Assembly: GCA_041946805.1 (NCBI GenBank)
Contig: JBHGBC010000026.1
Span: forward strand, 1 to 51,133
Source: a bacterium
Lineage (GTDB): Bacteria > Hinthialibacterota > Hinthialibacteria > Hinthialibacterales > Hinthialibacteraceae
DNA: 51,133 nucleotides
Direction of reading: 5' to 3'
Shown here: one piece after another, positions 7,853 through 17,200 of the stretch
How positions within the stretch are numbered: position 1 is the first letter of the stretch
How the letters are laid out: the number at the start of each line of letters is the position of its first letter
The notes under the pieces: generated by a model
The model's database searches: none
Told to the model about the DNA's origin: nothing
The model's input: the letters and a program-made list of their open reading frames with translations, nothing else
Made by a program: the position numbers and the translations under genes

Positions 7853-10800
7853 TCACGGTTTGTCTTTCTTCGCGTTCTTTTCGGTCTTTTTCCCCGTATT
7901 GACGACTTCATTGGCGAACTGACGGCAATTGCGGAAGAACAGATTGTAGGTTCCGGAGGCGTTGTCCTGGGCGTATTTCATGGCCTCCTGATCGGCCTCG
8001 GGACCCAATTCGTACCGCTTGACGGTATCGCCTTCCAGAGTCATGTCATTCAGCAGTCCCACACCGCCCGTGGCCGAGCCGCTTCCAGACCACGCGAAGC
8101 AGCCCAGGGCGGAGCCGTTGCAGCGGAAATCGAAACGCTTGATGCAGGGATTCTCGTCCGTGCGGTCCTTGCAGCGCAGGTCCGAGGACGCGGTTTCCTC
8201 GTCCAGTTGCACGCCCACGCCCTTGTGAATGCCTTCATCGAAAGTGAAGGCGTCAAGGCCTGAAGGATCCACGAAATTCACCGGATCGCCATGCGCGTAG
8301 AGGTAGAGATTGGTCTCCCGGCCGTCAAAGAGCGAGGGATCCGGGGTGGTCCAGCGGCCGGTTTCGGGGTCGTAATCCCGCGCCCCGAAGTGGATCAATC
8401 CGGTATCGTGATCATACAGTCCCCCCGCGAAGCCGAAGGGCTGAAATCCAGGCTGGGTATCGGCGGTCACCCGGCCGGACTCATCGTAATCGATCCGCTG
8501 CGCGGCATCACCGCTCTCCGTGGCGGCGATCAGGCGGGGACTGCCGAGATGATCGGAGAGGATGCGGTAGGTCTGGTTGTTTTTGATCAGGTACGCGGGA
8601 ACCGTGGGCGTGTCCGCGTAAATGAATGTGCTGACGACATGGCCCTGGCCGTCCAGCTCAGCGATGGGCGCGAGGGCGTTGCGGTAGAGAAAGCCTTGGA
8701 TGAGCGTCCCGTTGACCTTCTTCCCCACGCGGCGTCCGCGTCCGTCGTACAGGTATTCGATCCGGGTTCCATCCGGCAAGGTGACGCCGGTCAGGTAACC
8801 CAGTTCATTGTGCTCATACGTGGTTACGCGGCCGGATTCGGTTTTGGACTGAAGTTCTCCGCTTTCATTATACGCATAGATTGTGGATCCCCATTCCAAC
8901 AACCGGTCCAGGTCGTTGTACCGGGCGGAGCGCCGCGTTCCACCTTCTGTGACCGTCAGGCGGTTGCCTTGGCCGTCGTGGGTGTAGGCCCGCGGAGTAA
9001 GGCCGTTTTCTTTCCACTCGATTAGGAATCCGGCGTCACTATAGGCGTATTGATATGCCGTGGACCGATCGAGGACCGTCTCGGTTTTCTCGATGACGCG
9101 CGACAGGCGGTTGCGGGTAAGGCTATAGGCATAGATGGGAGATCCATTCGCATAGGCGGCGTATCCCGTGATTTCGCCGAAACGGTTGTATTCATACTGA
9201 TCGGTTACCCGGCCGATGGCGGTGGCGGCCAGCAGGCCGTTTTGGGTATCATAATCCAGCGCCAGGTCTCCGGCTTGGATCAGAAAGTTGTCGCGGTCGT
9301 ATGCAAAACGGATGGGGCTGGCATCGTTGACGCTCCGGGAAGCGATCCGGAAATTGGCATCGTAGGTCCGGGTAATGCTTCCCGATACCGGCCCGGACCA
9401 AACCGTGGTGGTGAGCAGAGATCCATCGTAGGCGTAATCCAGCGTGACGCCTTCCGGAGTTTGAATCCGAATCAGATTGCCCGTGGCGGCATCGTACGAA
9501 TAATCGACACGTTTTCCGGAGTAGAGAACGGCGAGCAACTGCCCGCATTGGCATTCGCCTGAATCGTACTCATATTGAAGGGCCGCGCCACCGGGCCGGA
9601 TCACGCCCGTGAGCTGATCATCGGTATTGTATGAGAATTGCGTGGACCGGCCGGTGGTGTCCGTATTCGGAGGCGAGTACAGGATGGGTTGATCCAACAC
9701 GGAATACTGAAACGTGTGGGCAGGGCGGCCGGGAGGCGTGATGCCGGTCCGGTTGCCGTTGGCGTCATAGGCGTACTCGAGGACGCGGTTTCCTGGCAAG
9801 GTCACCCGCCGGGCGCGGCCCACGGCGTCGTTTTCATACAGAACCACGCGGCCGAGAGGATCGGTGATGCTTTTCACTTTGCCCGCGTCATCGTAAGTGA
9901 CCGACATGACGCGTGTATCGGGATCTTCGCCCAGAATCACTTGCGCCAGGCGGCCATGAAGATCATACAGGTACCGGGCGGGATAAAGGCCGGCGGTTTG
10001 TTCGAAGATCACGCGGCCCAGCTCGTCAATGGTGAAATCCCGGCGGCGGCCTTCAGGGGAGATATCGGTGAAGGTCCGCTTTTCGCCATGGTAGGTCCGG
10101 ATGAAAATCCGGCCGTTGATGTCCACGGTTTGGGTGAAAGACCCCAAGGGGATCCAGGTGTTCCCTGATTCCATCATGCTGGCCGAGCGGACGATGCCGA
10201 TGGCGGACTGGAGTCCCCCGGGCGTGGTGATGTTCAGGGCGGTGGTCATGGGCGCGGCGAGGCCGAAGCGGGGATCCGGCCCTAGTTGCTGGTCCAGCCG
10301 CGTGCCGTCCCGCCAGGTGATGGCACGGGTCCCTCCGGCGATTTCCCGCCGGGCGGTTTGAGTTCCATTGGGGAACGTAGTGCGCAGGCTGATCTCTCCC
10401 AAGGCGGAGCGTTCGGCATGGAACCGGGTGGTCCGCTGGAGCTCGGTGAATACGGAGATGTCCGTTTGGGTGGCCTCGCGCACGGCATCGAGGGCGCGGA
10501 GGCGGCCGAGAGGGCCTTCCTCGCGCGTCAGGCGGCCGAGGGGATCGTATGAATACCGCCATTCATTGTCCCGGGAATCTTTCCGGCTTTGCAGCAGACC
10601 ATCGGAGGAATACGCGAAGGCAGTGGCTTCTCCGGCGGGATTGGTGATGGAGGCCAGGTAGCCATGGGCGTCGAGCGTGAGGAGCGTGCGTTGGCCGGTG
10701 GAGGCCATGATGGCCGAGGGCTGGCCGTTGGTGGCGCGTTCGATGACGGTGGTGTTCCCGCCGCCGTCGGTGACGGCGGACAACAATCCGTCGCGCGTGT

Positions 10801-13800
10801 AAGTGAATTGATGAAGGACCGCGCCGGTCAGGGAGTGGATCGTGCGCAGATGGCGGCCCGCGTGGTTGAAAACGAAAATCTGGTTAGTCTCTTCATCGGG
10901 AATGGAGATTTCCGTATCGGAAAAACCCGGGAAGGGAGGGGCGATGACGCGGACGCGCGCGTTGTTGCTGTCGGCGATGAACAAGCGGCCGTCGGGGGCG
11001 AGTTTAATCCCTTCCGGGCTGTATAATTCGGCCTGCCGGGCGTGGCCGTGGTCGCCGCGGAAGCCTCGCTCGCCGGTTCCCGCGAGCGTGGAGATGATGC
11101 CGCCGGGACTGACGTACCGGACGCGCTCGTTGTATTGGTCGCTGATGTAAAGGCTGTTGTCCGGGCCCACCACGACCCGCTTCGGGTAATACAACGTGGC
11201 CGCGGTGGCCGGGCCCCCGTCGCCGAGGTCCGCGGGGCCGCCCGAACCGCCGCCGGCCACGGTGGTGATGATGCCGTCCAATCCCACCCGGCGGATGCTT
11301 CCGTTGAACGTGTCGGCGATGTACAGGCTGCCATCCGGCCCCAGGGCGATACCCGTGGGGTGGACCAGTTGCGCTTCGGTGGCCGGACCGCCGTTCCCAT
11401 AAGTCGGCCAACCGATAGAACCGCCGCCGGCCACGGTGGTGATGACGCCATCGGGGCTCACGTAGCGAATCCGCTTGTTTTCTTCATCTGAAAAATAGAA
11501 ACCACCGTCCGGAGCCAGCGCGATGCTGTGCGGGTATTGCAATTGCGCCGCGGTGGCCGGGCCGCCGTCGCCGCTGAAGCCGAAGGTCCCGTTGCCCGCC
11601 ACCGTCTCCACGATCCCGTCCGGCCGGATGCGGCGGATGCGGTAGTGGTAATGGTCCACGACATACAGGCTGCCGCCGGGGGCCGCGGCAATGTCCATGG
11701 GGGAGTAAAAGCGGGCTTCGAGGGCCGGGCCGCCGTCGCCGATGCCATCCGGCGGATTCCCGCCTCCCGCGATGGTCGTGAAGACGCCATCCGGATCGAC
11801 TTTGTGAATCAGATCGGTTTCGGTGTCTGTGATGTAGAGCGTACCGTCCGGCCCCAGGTCGATCCCGAACGGTTCCACAAGTTTGGCCTGCGTGGCCGGG
11901 CCGCCGTCGCCGATGCCCGCGCGGGATTCGCCGCCGCCCGCGCAGGTCGTGATCACCCGGTCCAAGAGGTCCGCGAAACGCTGGGTCCCGTTCCCCATGT
12001 ATAGGATGCGGGTTGAGGGATCGTAAAAATGATGCGCGCTGAATGTCCATCCGCCCAAACCCAGGCCGGTGACATTCCAGGAGCCGAGGATACCCCGCCA
12101 GGATTGCGAAAGCGTGATTTCATGCCGCTGGCGGGACGCGGTGATTTCCGCCCCTCCGAAACGGCCGAAACTATCCGGAAAATCACCGGCTTCTTTATAT
12201 ACGGCCGGATAGACGTACCCCAGGCGTACTTCAGCCGATTGCGCGCCCTGTTGCATCCGGCCGTAACCGTCCTGGCCATCCCACGCAAATGAGTAGGAGA
12301 GATCCGGCGCGGGATCGAAGGATTGTTCCAGTTCCTGCCCCGCCACGGCGATTTTCAGTTCGATCCGTTTCAGGCTTGCCGGGACGCGCGGTCCGCTCAT
12401 GGGAATGTTCAGCATGCGCGCGTCGCGCCGTCCGGGAACGCGGCCGCTTTGATATACGAGATGATAGGGCGTCCCCGTGATCCTGACATCCTCTCCGGTG
12501 GTTTGATTCAATGGTCCGATCCAGGATCCGGCGAGAGAACACACGTCCGGATCGTCCGGGGGATCGAGGTCGAGGGCCGGTGGCGCTTCGGCGTCGTCGG
12601 GTGGACCGTAGGGCCAATTGCAATCCCAGGGCGTAAAGTGAGTGACAGGGACGCGCCATACGCTTTGCCCGGGCGCGTAGAGGGCGGCGAGGCGTTCGCG
12701 TTCGGCCTCGGTGACGCCCAGGGCGGTTAGCTCCTGCGCGGTGGCGGGGGCGCCGCCGCCGGTGATATCGAGATCGGCTTTTCCCCCGGTGATTCCCAGA
12801 ATCGCGATCACCCGCCCATTATCAGACGCGATCCAGGCGGCCTTATCCCGGTCGTAATATCCCACGGGGACAATGGATCCGGCGGGGAAGCCCAGGAAGT
12901 TTTCATTGTAATGGATGAGCGGGCGGTCAAACCGCACCTCCGCCGCGCCGGCCGCCAGCGCCTCGTCCACGCTGTACTCCACGCAATAGGTGTAGCCCAC
13001 CGCGGGAGGCAGCAGCGCGGGCATGGCGCGGGGGCCGTTTTCTCCCACCGTGTATTCCGTGGCCCGGACGTGGATCTGTTGGAGAGGCTGGACCTGGCCG
13101 TCCGGCAGGACCAGTTCGGCCCGCGTGCCCGGCGGAACGAGGAGGCGGGCCTGGCGCGCGCCATCCGGATCACTCACCGGGCTGCCCTCGGCGGTTTGAT
13201 ATGCCACCGCGTTGGCCAGATCGATTTCCGTGATCCGCGCGTCAAGCGGCGTCAGGCACACTTCATCGAGGATTACATACTCGCGCCAGGGCAGCGTGAG
13301 GGTGCGGTGCACGGGCAGGTAGCCCTCTTTTTCGAAGGTCACGCATACCACGCCCCCGCCGTTGGCGGCGAGGTCGAAGCCACCGTCCGCGCGGCTGGCG
13401 GTGAAACCGAACTCGGGATGATGGAGTATCGCAATCCGCGCTCCGGGCAGCGGGGCGTTATCCCGGGTCAGCACTCGCCCGCGGAGAATGACGATCCGTT
13501 GGGAATCCATGACGCCGGATTGAACTCCGGGCTGAATGGGATTTTTACCCGAATACAGAAACGATGTTCCCGCAAACAGGTCACTGGCCAGGGAGAGATT
13601 GACCGGCGGGGCCACGGACGCGGGATCGGGAGGCAGCGTGGGCCCGAAATCCACGGTTTGGCCCCAGGCCGCCGAGAACCACAGCAGGTCAAGGCTGTCA
13701 GTCCGGCCGTCGTGGTTGAAATCGCCGCTGGCCGCGCCTTGACGCAACCAGGAAACAAACAGCAGCAAGTCGTGGGCGTCGATCCGGGCGTTGTGGTCGA

Positions 13801-13933
13801 GATCGTATTGGGAACCGGAATCGGCGGCGAAGGGCATCGCGGGGGAAAACCAAAGCAAGAGGACAACGATCAGGATAGGCCAGACGGTGAAAAACCTAGG
13901 CACGCGGGCGGCGGTACGAACCAGGCGGATCAT
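7853..13933 (-). CDS. Secreted teneurin-like RHS/YD protein: signal peptide, dockerin-like, carboxypeptidase-regulatory-like, NHL repeats, YD shell, RHS core, C-terminal cargo domain
   Basis: Paired DxDxN/DxNxDG EF-hand motifs; repeated GDGGPATxAxLxxPxGI NHL units; many YD repeats; RHS core DHLGSPRL...PFGFAGGLYD..GARDYDPETGRW..DP..NLYLYAHGDPVNFVDPSGL. Confidence 0.92.
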   Translation of the reverse strand: MIRLVRTAARVPRFFTVWPILIVVLLLWFSPAMPFAADSGSQYDLDHNARIDAHDLLLFVSWLRQGAASGDFNHDGRTDSLDLLWFSAAWGQTVDFGPTLPPDPASVAPPVNLSLASDLFAGTSFLYSGKNPIQPGVQSGVMDSQRIVILRGRVLTRDNAPLPGARIAILHHPEFGFTASRADGGFDLAANGGGVVCVTFEKEGYLPVHRTLTLPWREYVILDEVCLTPLDARITEIDLANAVAYQTAEGSPVSDPDGARQARLLVPPGTRAELVLPDGQVQPLQQIHVRATEYTVGENGPRAMPALLPPAVGYTYCVEYSVDEALAAGAAEVRFDRPLIHYNENFLGFPAGSIVPVGYYDRDKAAWIASDNGRVIAILGITGGKADLDITGGGAPATAQELTALGVTEAERERLAALYAPGQSVWRVPVTHFTPWDCNWPYGPPDDAEAPPALDLDPPDDPDVCSLAGSWIGPLNQTTGEDVRITGTPYHLVYQSGRVPGRRDARMLNIPMSGPRVPASLKRIELKIAVAGQELEQSFDPAPDLSYSFAWDGQDGYGRMQQGAQSAEVRLGYVYPAVYKEAGDFPDSFGRFGGAEITASRQRHEITLSQSWRGILGSWNVTGLGLGGWTFSAHHFYDPSTRILYMGNGTQRFADLLDRVITTCAGGGESRAGIGDGGPATQAKLVEPFGIDLGPDGTLYITDTETDLIHKVDPDGVFTTIAGGGNPPDGIGDGGPALEARFYSPMDIAAAPGGSLYVVDHYHYRIRRIRPDGIVETVAGNGTFGFSGDGGPATAAQLQYPHSIALAPDGGFYFSDEENKRIRYVSPDGVITTVAGGGSIGWPTYGNGGPATEAQLVHPTGIALGPDGSLYIADTFNGSIRRVGLDGIITTVAGGGSGGPADLGDGGPATAATLYYPKRVVVGPDNSLYISDQYNERVRYVSPGGIISTLAGTGERGFRGDHGHARQAELYSPEGIKLAPDGRLFIADSNNARVRVIAPPFPGFSDTEISIPDEETNQIFVFNHAGRHLRTIHSLTGAVLHQFTYTRDGLLSAVTDGGGNTTVIERATNGQPSAIMASTGQRTLLTLDAHGYLASITNPAGEATAFAYSSDGLLQSRKDSRDNEWRYSYDPLGRLTREEGPLGRLRALDAVREATQTDISVFTELQRTTRFHAERSALGEISLRTTFPNGTQTARREIAGGTRAITWRDGTRLDQQLGPDPRFGLAAPMTTALNITTPGGLQSAIGIVRSASMMESGNTWIPLGSFTQTVDINGRIFIRTYHGEKRTFTDISPEGRRRDFTIDELGRVIFEQTAGLYPARYLYDLHGRLAQVILGEDPDTRVMSVTYDDAGKVKSITDPLGRVVLYENDAVGRARRVTLPGNRVLEYAYDANGNRTGITPPGRPAHTFQYSVLDQPILYSPPNTDTTGRSTQFSYNTDDQLTGVIRPGGAALQYEYDSGECQCGQLLAVLYSGKRVDYSYDAATGNLIRIQTPEGVTLDYAYDGSLLTTTVWSGPVSGSITRTYDANFRIASRSVNDASPIRFAYDRDNFLIQAGDLALDYDTQNGLLAATAIGRVTDQYEYNRFGEITGYAAYANGSPIYAYSLTRNRLSRVIEKTETVLDRSTAYQYAYSDAGFLIEWKENGLTPRAYTHDGQGNRLTVTEGGTRRSARYNDLDRLLEWGSTIYAYNESGELQSKTESGRVTTYEHNELGYLTGVTLPDGTRIEYLYDGRGRRVGKKVNGTLIQGFLYRNALAPIAELDGQGHVVSTFIYADTPTVPAYLIKNNQTYRILSDHLGSPRLIAATESGDAAQRIDYDESGRVTADTQPGFQPFGFAGGLYDHDTGLIHFGARDYDPETGRWTTPDPSLFDGRETNLYLYAHGDPVNFVDPSGLDAFTFDEGIHKGVGVQLDEETASSDLRCKDRTDENPCIKRFDFRCNGSALGCFAWSGSGSATGGVGLLNDMTLEGDTVKRYELGPEADQEAMKYAQDNASGTYNLFFRNCRQFANEVVNTGKKTEKNAKKDKP

Positions 13934-14157
13934 GGGAATCCTCCCTGCCGGAACGACAAGTTATTGGATCAAGATCCATATACAAATAAACGAGTTGACG
14001 CGAAAGGAGCCGATTGATCAGGCGAGAGATACTATCCCGATGAATGACAGGAGATATTGTATCGTGGAGGGCTTATCAAGGGATGTAGGATCAATGGGGA
14101 TTTTTTTTTGCGGAGTTTGCCAGCCCGGTTGTCCAGAAAACCGGTCATCCAGAAAAG

Positions 14158-14189
14158 ATAAGATGAGAAACGAATAAGATTAGAAACGA
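14158..14189. repeat. 16-bp tandem duplication
   Basis: ataagatgagaaacga / ataagattagaaacga (1 mismatch), just downstream of the NRPS stop. Confidence 0.7.
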
Positions 14190-14208
14190 ATGATGTTCAC
14201 TCCCCTTC

Positions 14209-17200
14209 TCATTCCTCCTGGCGGGCCAGCAGGGCGCGGACTTCGTCGTCCGAGAGCTGATCGAGATTTTCCAACGCGGCGGCCAGCCGGTCCTCATCGG
14301 ATTGCTCGATGATTAGTTGCTGCACGGCGGCGGCCTGCTCGGCGAGCGTGGGGGTTTTGAACAGCGTCCCCAGCGGCAGATCCACGTGGAAGGCCTGGCG
14401 GATGGCGGCGATCAACTGGATGGCCAGCAGCGAGTGGCCGCCCAGGTTGAAGAAATTGTCGTTTAAATCCACGCGGGGGACCTTGAGGATGTCCCGCCAG
14501 ATGGCCGCCAGGGTTTTCTCCGTACCGGTCACCGGCGCGGCATAACCGGCATCTGAACCGCCAAGGACCTGGAGGGCCTTTTCGGGAGCGGGCAGCGCCT
14601 TGCGGTCGATTTTGCCGTTGGGCGTGTGGGGGAACTCGTCGAGGATCACGAAATGCGCGGGAACCATGTACCCGGGCAGTTGCTCCAAGAGAAACGCGCG
14701 CAGGTCCTGGCTGGTGAGTTGCGCGTCCGGACGCGGGACCAGGTAGGCGGCCAGGCGCTTGTCGCCGGGCGTGTCCTCGCGGGGAACGACCACCGCCTCG
14801 CGGATGCCGGGGTGCTGCTCGATGCGGTTGACGATTTCGCCCAGTTCGATCCGGTAACCGCTGATCTTGACCTGGTGATCGAGGCGCCCCAACAGTTCGA
14901 TTTCGCCGTTCGGCAGGAAGCGGGCCACATCGCCGGTGCGGTATACGCGGGAGGGGGAATCCGGGACGAATGGATTGGGGATGAAACGGCTGGCGGTCAA
15001 CTCGGGGCGGTCGAGGTATCCCCGCGCCACGCCATCGCCTCCGATGAGCAATTCGCCGGTCAGCCCGGCGGGCACGATCTGCAGGTGCTTGTCGACAACG
15101 TAGAACTGCGTGTTGGCGATGGGGCGGCCCACGGTGATGAGTTCCGTCCCTTTGCGCACGGGAGCGGTGGAGGACCAGATGGTGGTTTCGGTGGGGCCGT
15201 ACATGTTGTGCACCTCGCCGGGGATCAATTCGGCCAGGGTGTTGGCCAGCGCGGCGGGCAGGGGTTCGCCGCCGATCATCAGGCATTGGATCCGCCGCAA
15301 CGCTTCGCGGGTTTCCGTATCGGTCTGGAGCATGTTGATCATGGAGGGCGTGCATTGGAAATGGGTGACGCCGTGGCGGTGGATCAGGGCGGCGATGGAA
15401 TAATCCCCCTCCGCGCCCTCCAGCCCGGCGTTGGCGGCCTCCCGGACCTGATTGAGGTGCGGCAGATGTTCCAGGACCGTTTCCGTGGGAACGCCGAAGT
15501 CGATGAGGCAGGCGATTTCATCCACGCCGATTTCCTTGAGCCGGCCGACAATGCCCATGCAGCGGCGGAGGCTGCCGAAGAGGCCGCTTTGCTCGTAGTA
15601 GCGTTCGAAGGCGAATTCCAGCAGCGCGTCCAGTTCCGCGGGCTTTAGAGATTCGAATGTCTCATCGATGCTCTTGCCGCTATCGGACGAGAGTTTTTGG
15701 AAGGTGGGGAAATACCAGGCAGCTTCCTTCACCAAGCTCATGGCGCTGCGCAAGTATTCCTTCATGGGGCCGCGGACGGTCTCGTGCACGGCGTCGTCGT
15801 CCTCGCCTGTAAAGGTGTGCAGCATGAGGGTCACGTGGCCCCGGCCGGGATGACCGCATTCCGTCCAGGTTTTATGGTAGATTTCGATCTTCTCGGCGAC
15901 CTGTTCGATGCTTTGGCCAAGGAGGTGGGTCAGCACATTGGCCCCGGCCTGGGCGGCCTGGATGTAGGTTTCCGGATTGCCGGCGGTGGTGATCCAGACT
16001 GGCAGTTCGGCTTGGATAGGGCGGGGAAGTGTGCGTACCGGAACTTGTTCGCCATGGGGATTCGGGAAGGGTACCGCTTCGCCGCGCCAGAGACGTTTGA
16101 GCGTCTCGATATCCCGGAACATGGATTCCTTGCGCGAGGCGTAGTTCTCCGGCCTGAGGACGAAATCATTGGGCTGCCAGCCGGCGGCGACGCTGAGATC
16201 CACGCGGCCGCCGGAGAGGTTGTCCACCACCGCCCATTCCTCGGCCACGCGGATGGGATTATGCAAGGGCAAGACACAGCTGCCGGAACGGATCCGCGTC
16301 CGGCGGGTGATGGCGGCCAGGGCGGCTCCGGTCACCGCGGGATTGGGGAACAGGCCGCCGAAGGCGTGGAAATGGCGTTCGGGAGTCCATACGGCCAAGA
16401 AGCCGTGTTCGTCGGCGAATTTCGCGCCTTCCAGCATCAACCGGTACTTGTCGTTCTCATCCGCCGCTTCGTTGCTGGAAAAATAGAAGAGGCTGAAATC
16501 CAGGGGCCGGGACACGAAACGGGAGCGCTTGGGAGCGGGAGACGATACGCGGTCATCCTGCGAGTAGAGGACCACCTTGAATCCACGCGCCAAGGTCCAG
16601 AACAGTTCCAGCACGGAAATATCGAAGGAGAGGCTGGTGACCGCCAGCCACACGCCGGGGTTATCATGGGCTAGCCGCTCGTCCATGCCGGTGAAGAAGT
16701 TGATCACGTTGCGGTGCTCGAGCATCACACCCTTGGGATTGCCCGTGGAGCCGGAGGTGTAAATCACGTAGGCCAGGTGTTCGGGGCGGACCGCGACGCG
16801 CTCGTTCTCTGGGGATTCGCGGGCGATGGTCTCCCAGTCCGTGTCCAGGCACACGATCTGCGCCTTGTCGGCCGGCAGGTTGCCCGCCAGCCGGCTGGTG
16901 GTGAGCAGCACGGGAACCCGGGTGTCCTGCACCATGAAGGCGAGCCGTTCCCGGGGAAAGTCGGGATCGAGCGGCACATACGCGCCCCCGGCTTTGAGGA
17001 TGCCGAACAATCCAGCCATCATTTCCAGCGAGCGTTCCATATGGACACCCACGAGAATATCGGGCCCCACGCCTTGCTTCCGGAGATAATGGGCCACCTG
17101 GTTGGCGCGCCGGTTCAGTTCGCGGTAGGTCCACTCTTGATTTTGATAGGCCACGGCGGGCGCGTCCGGAGTGCGCTTCACCTGGGCCTCGAACTGGTCG

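Noticed and set aside
7574..7922. Small ORFs 7574-7783 (-) and 7602-7922 (+) as a possible immunity gene
   Set aside because: They translate repeat DNA (PLSLWERARVR / LTLALSQRERG), lack an RBS, and one overlaps the RHS gene in antisense.
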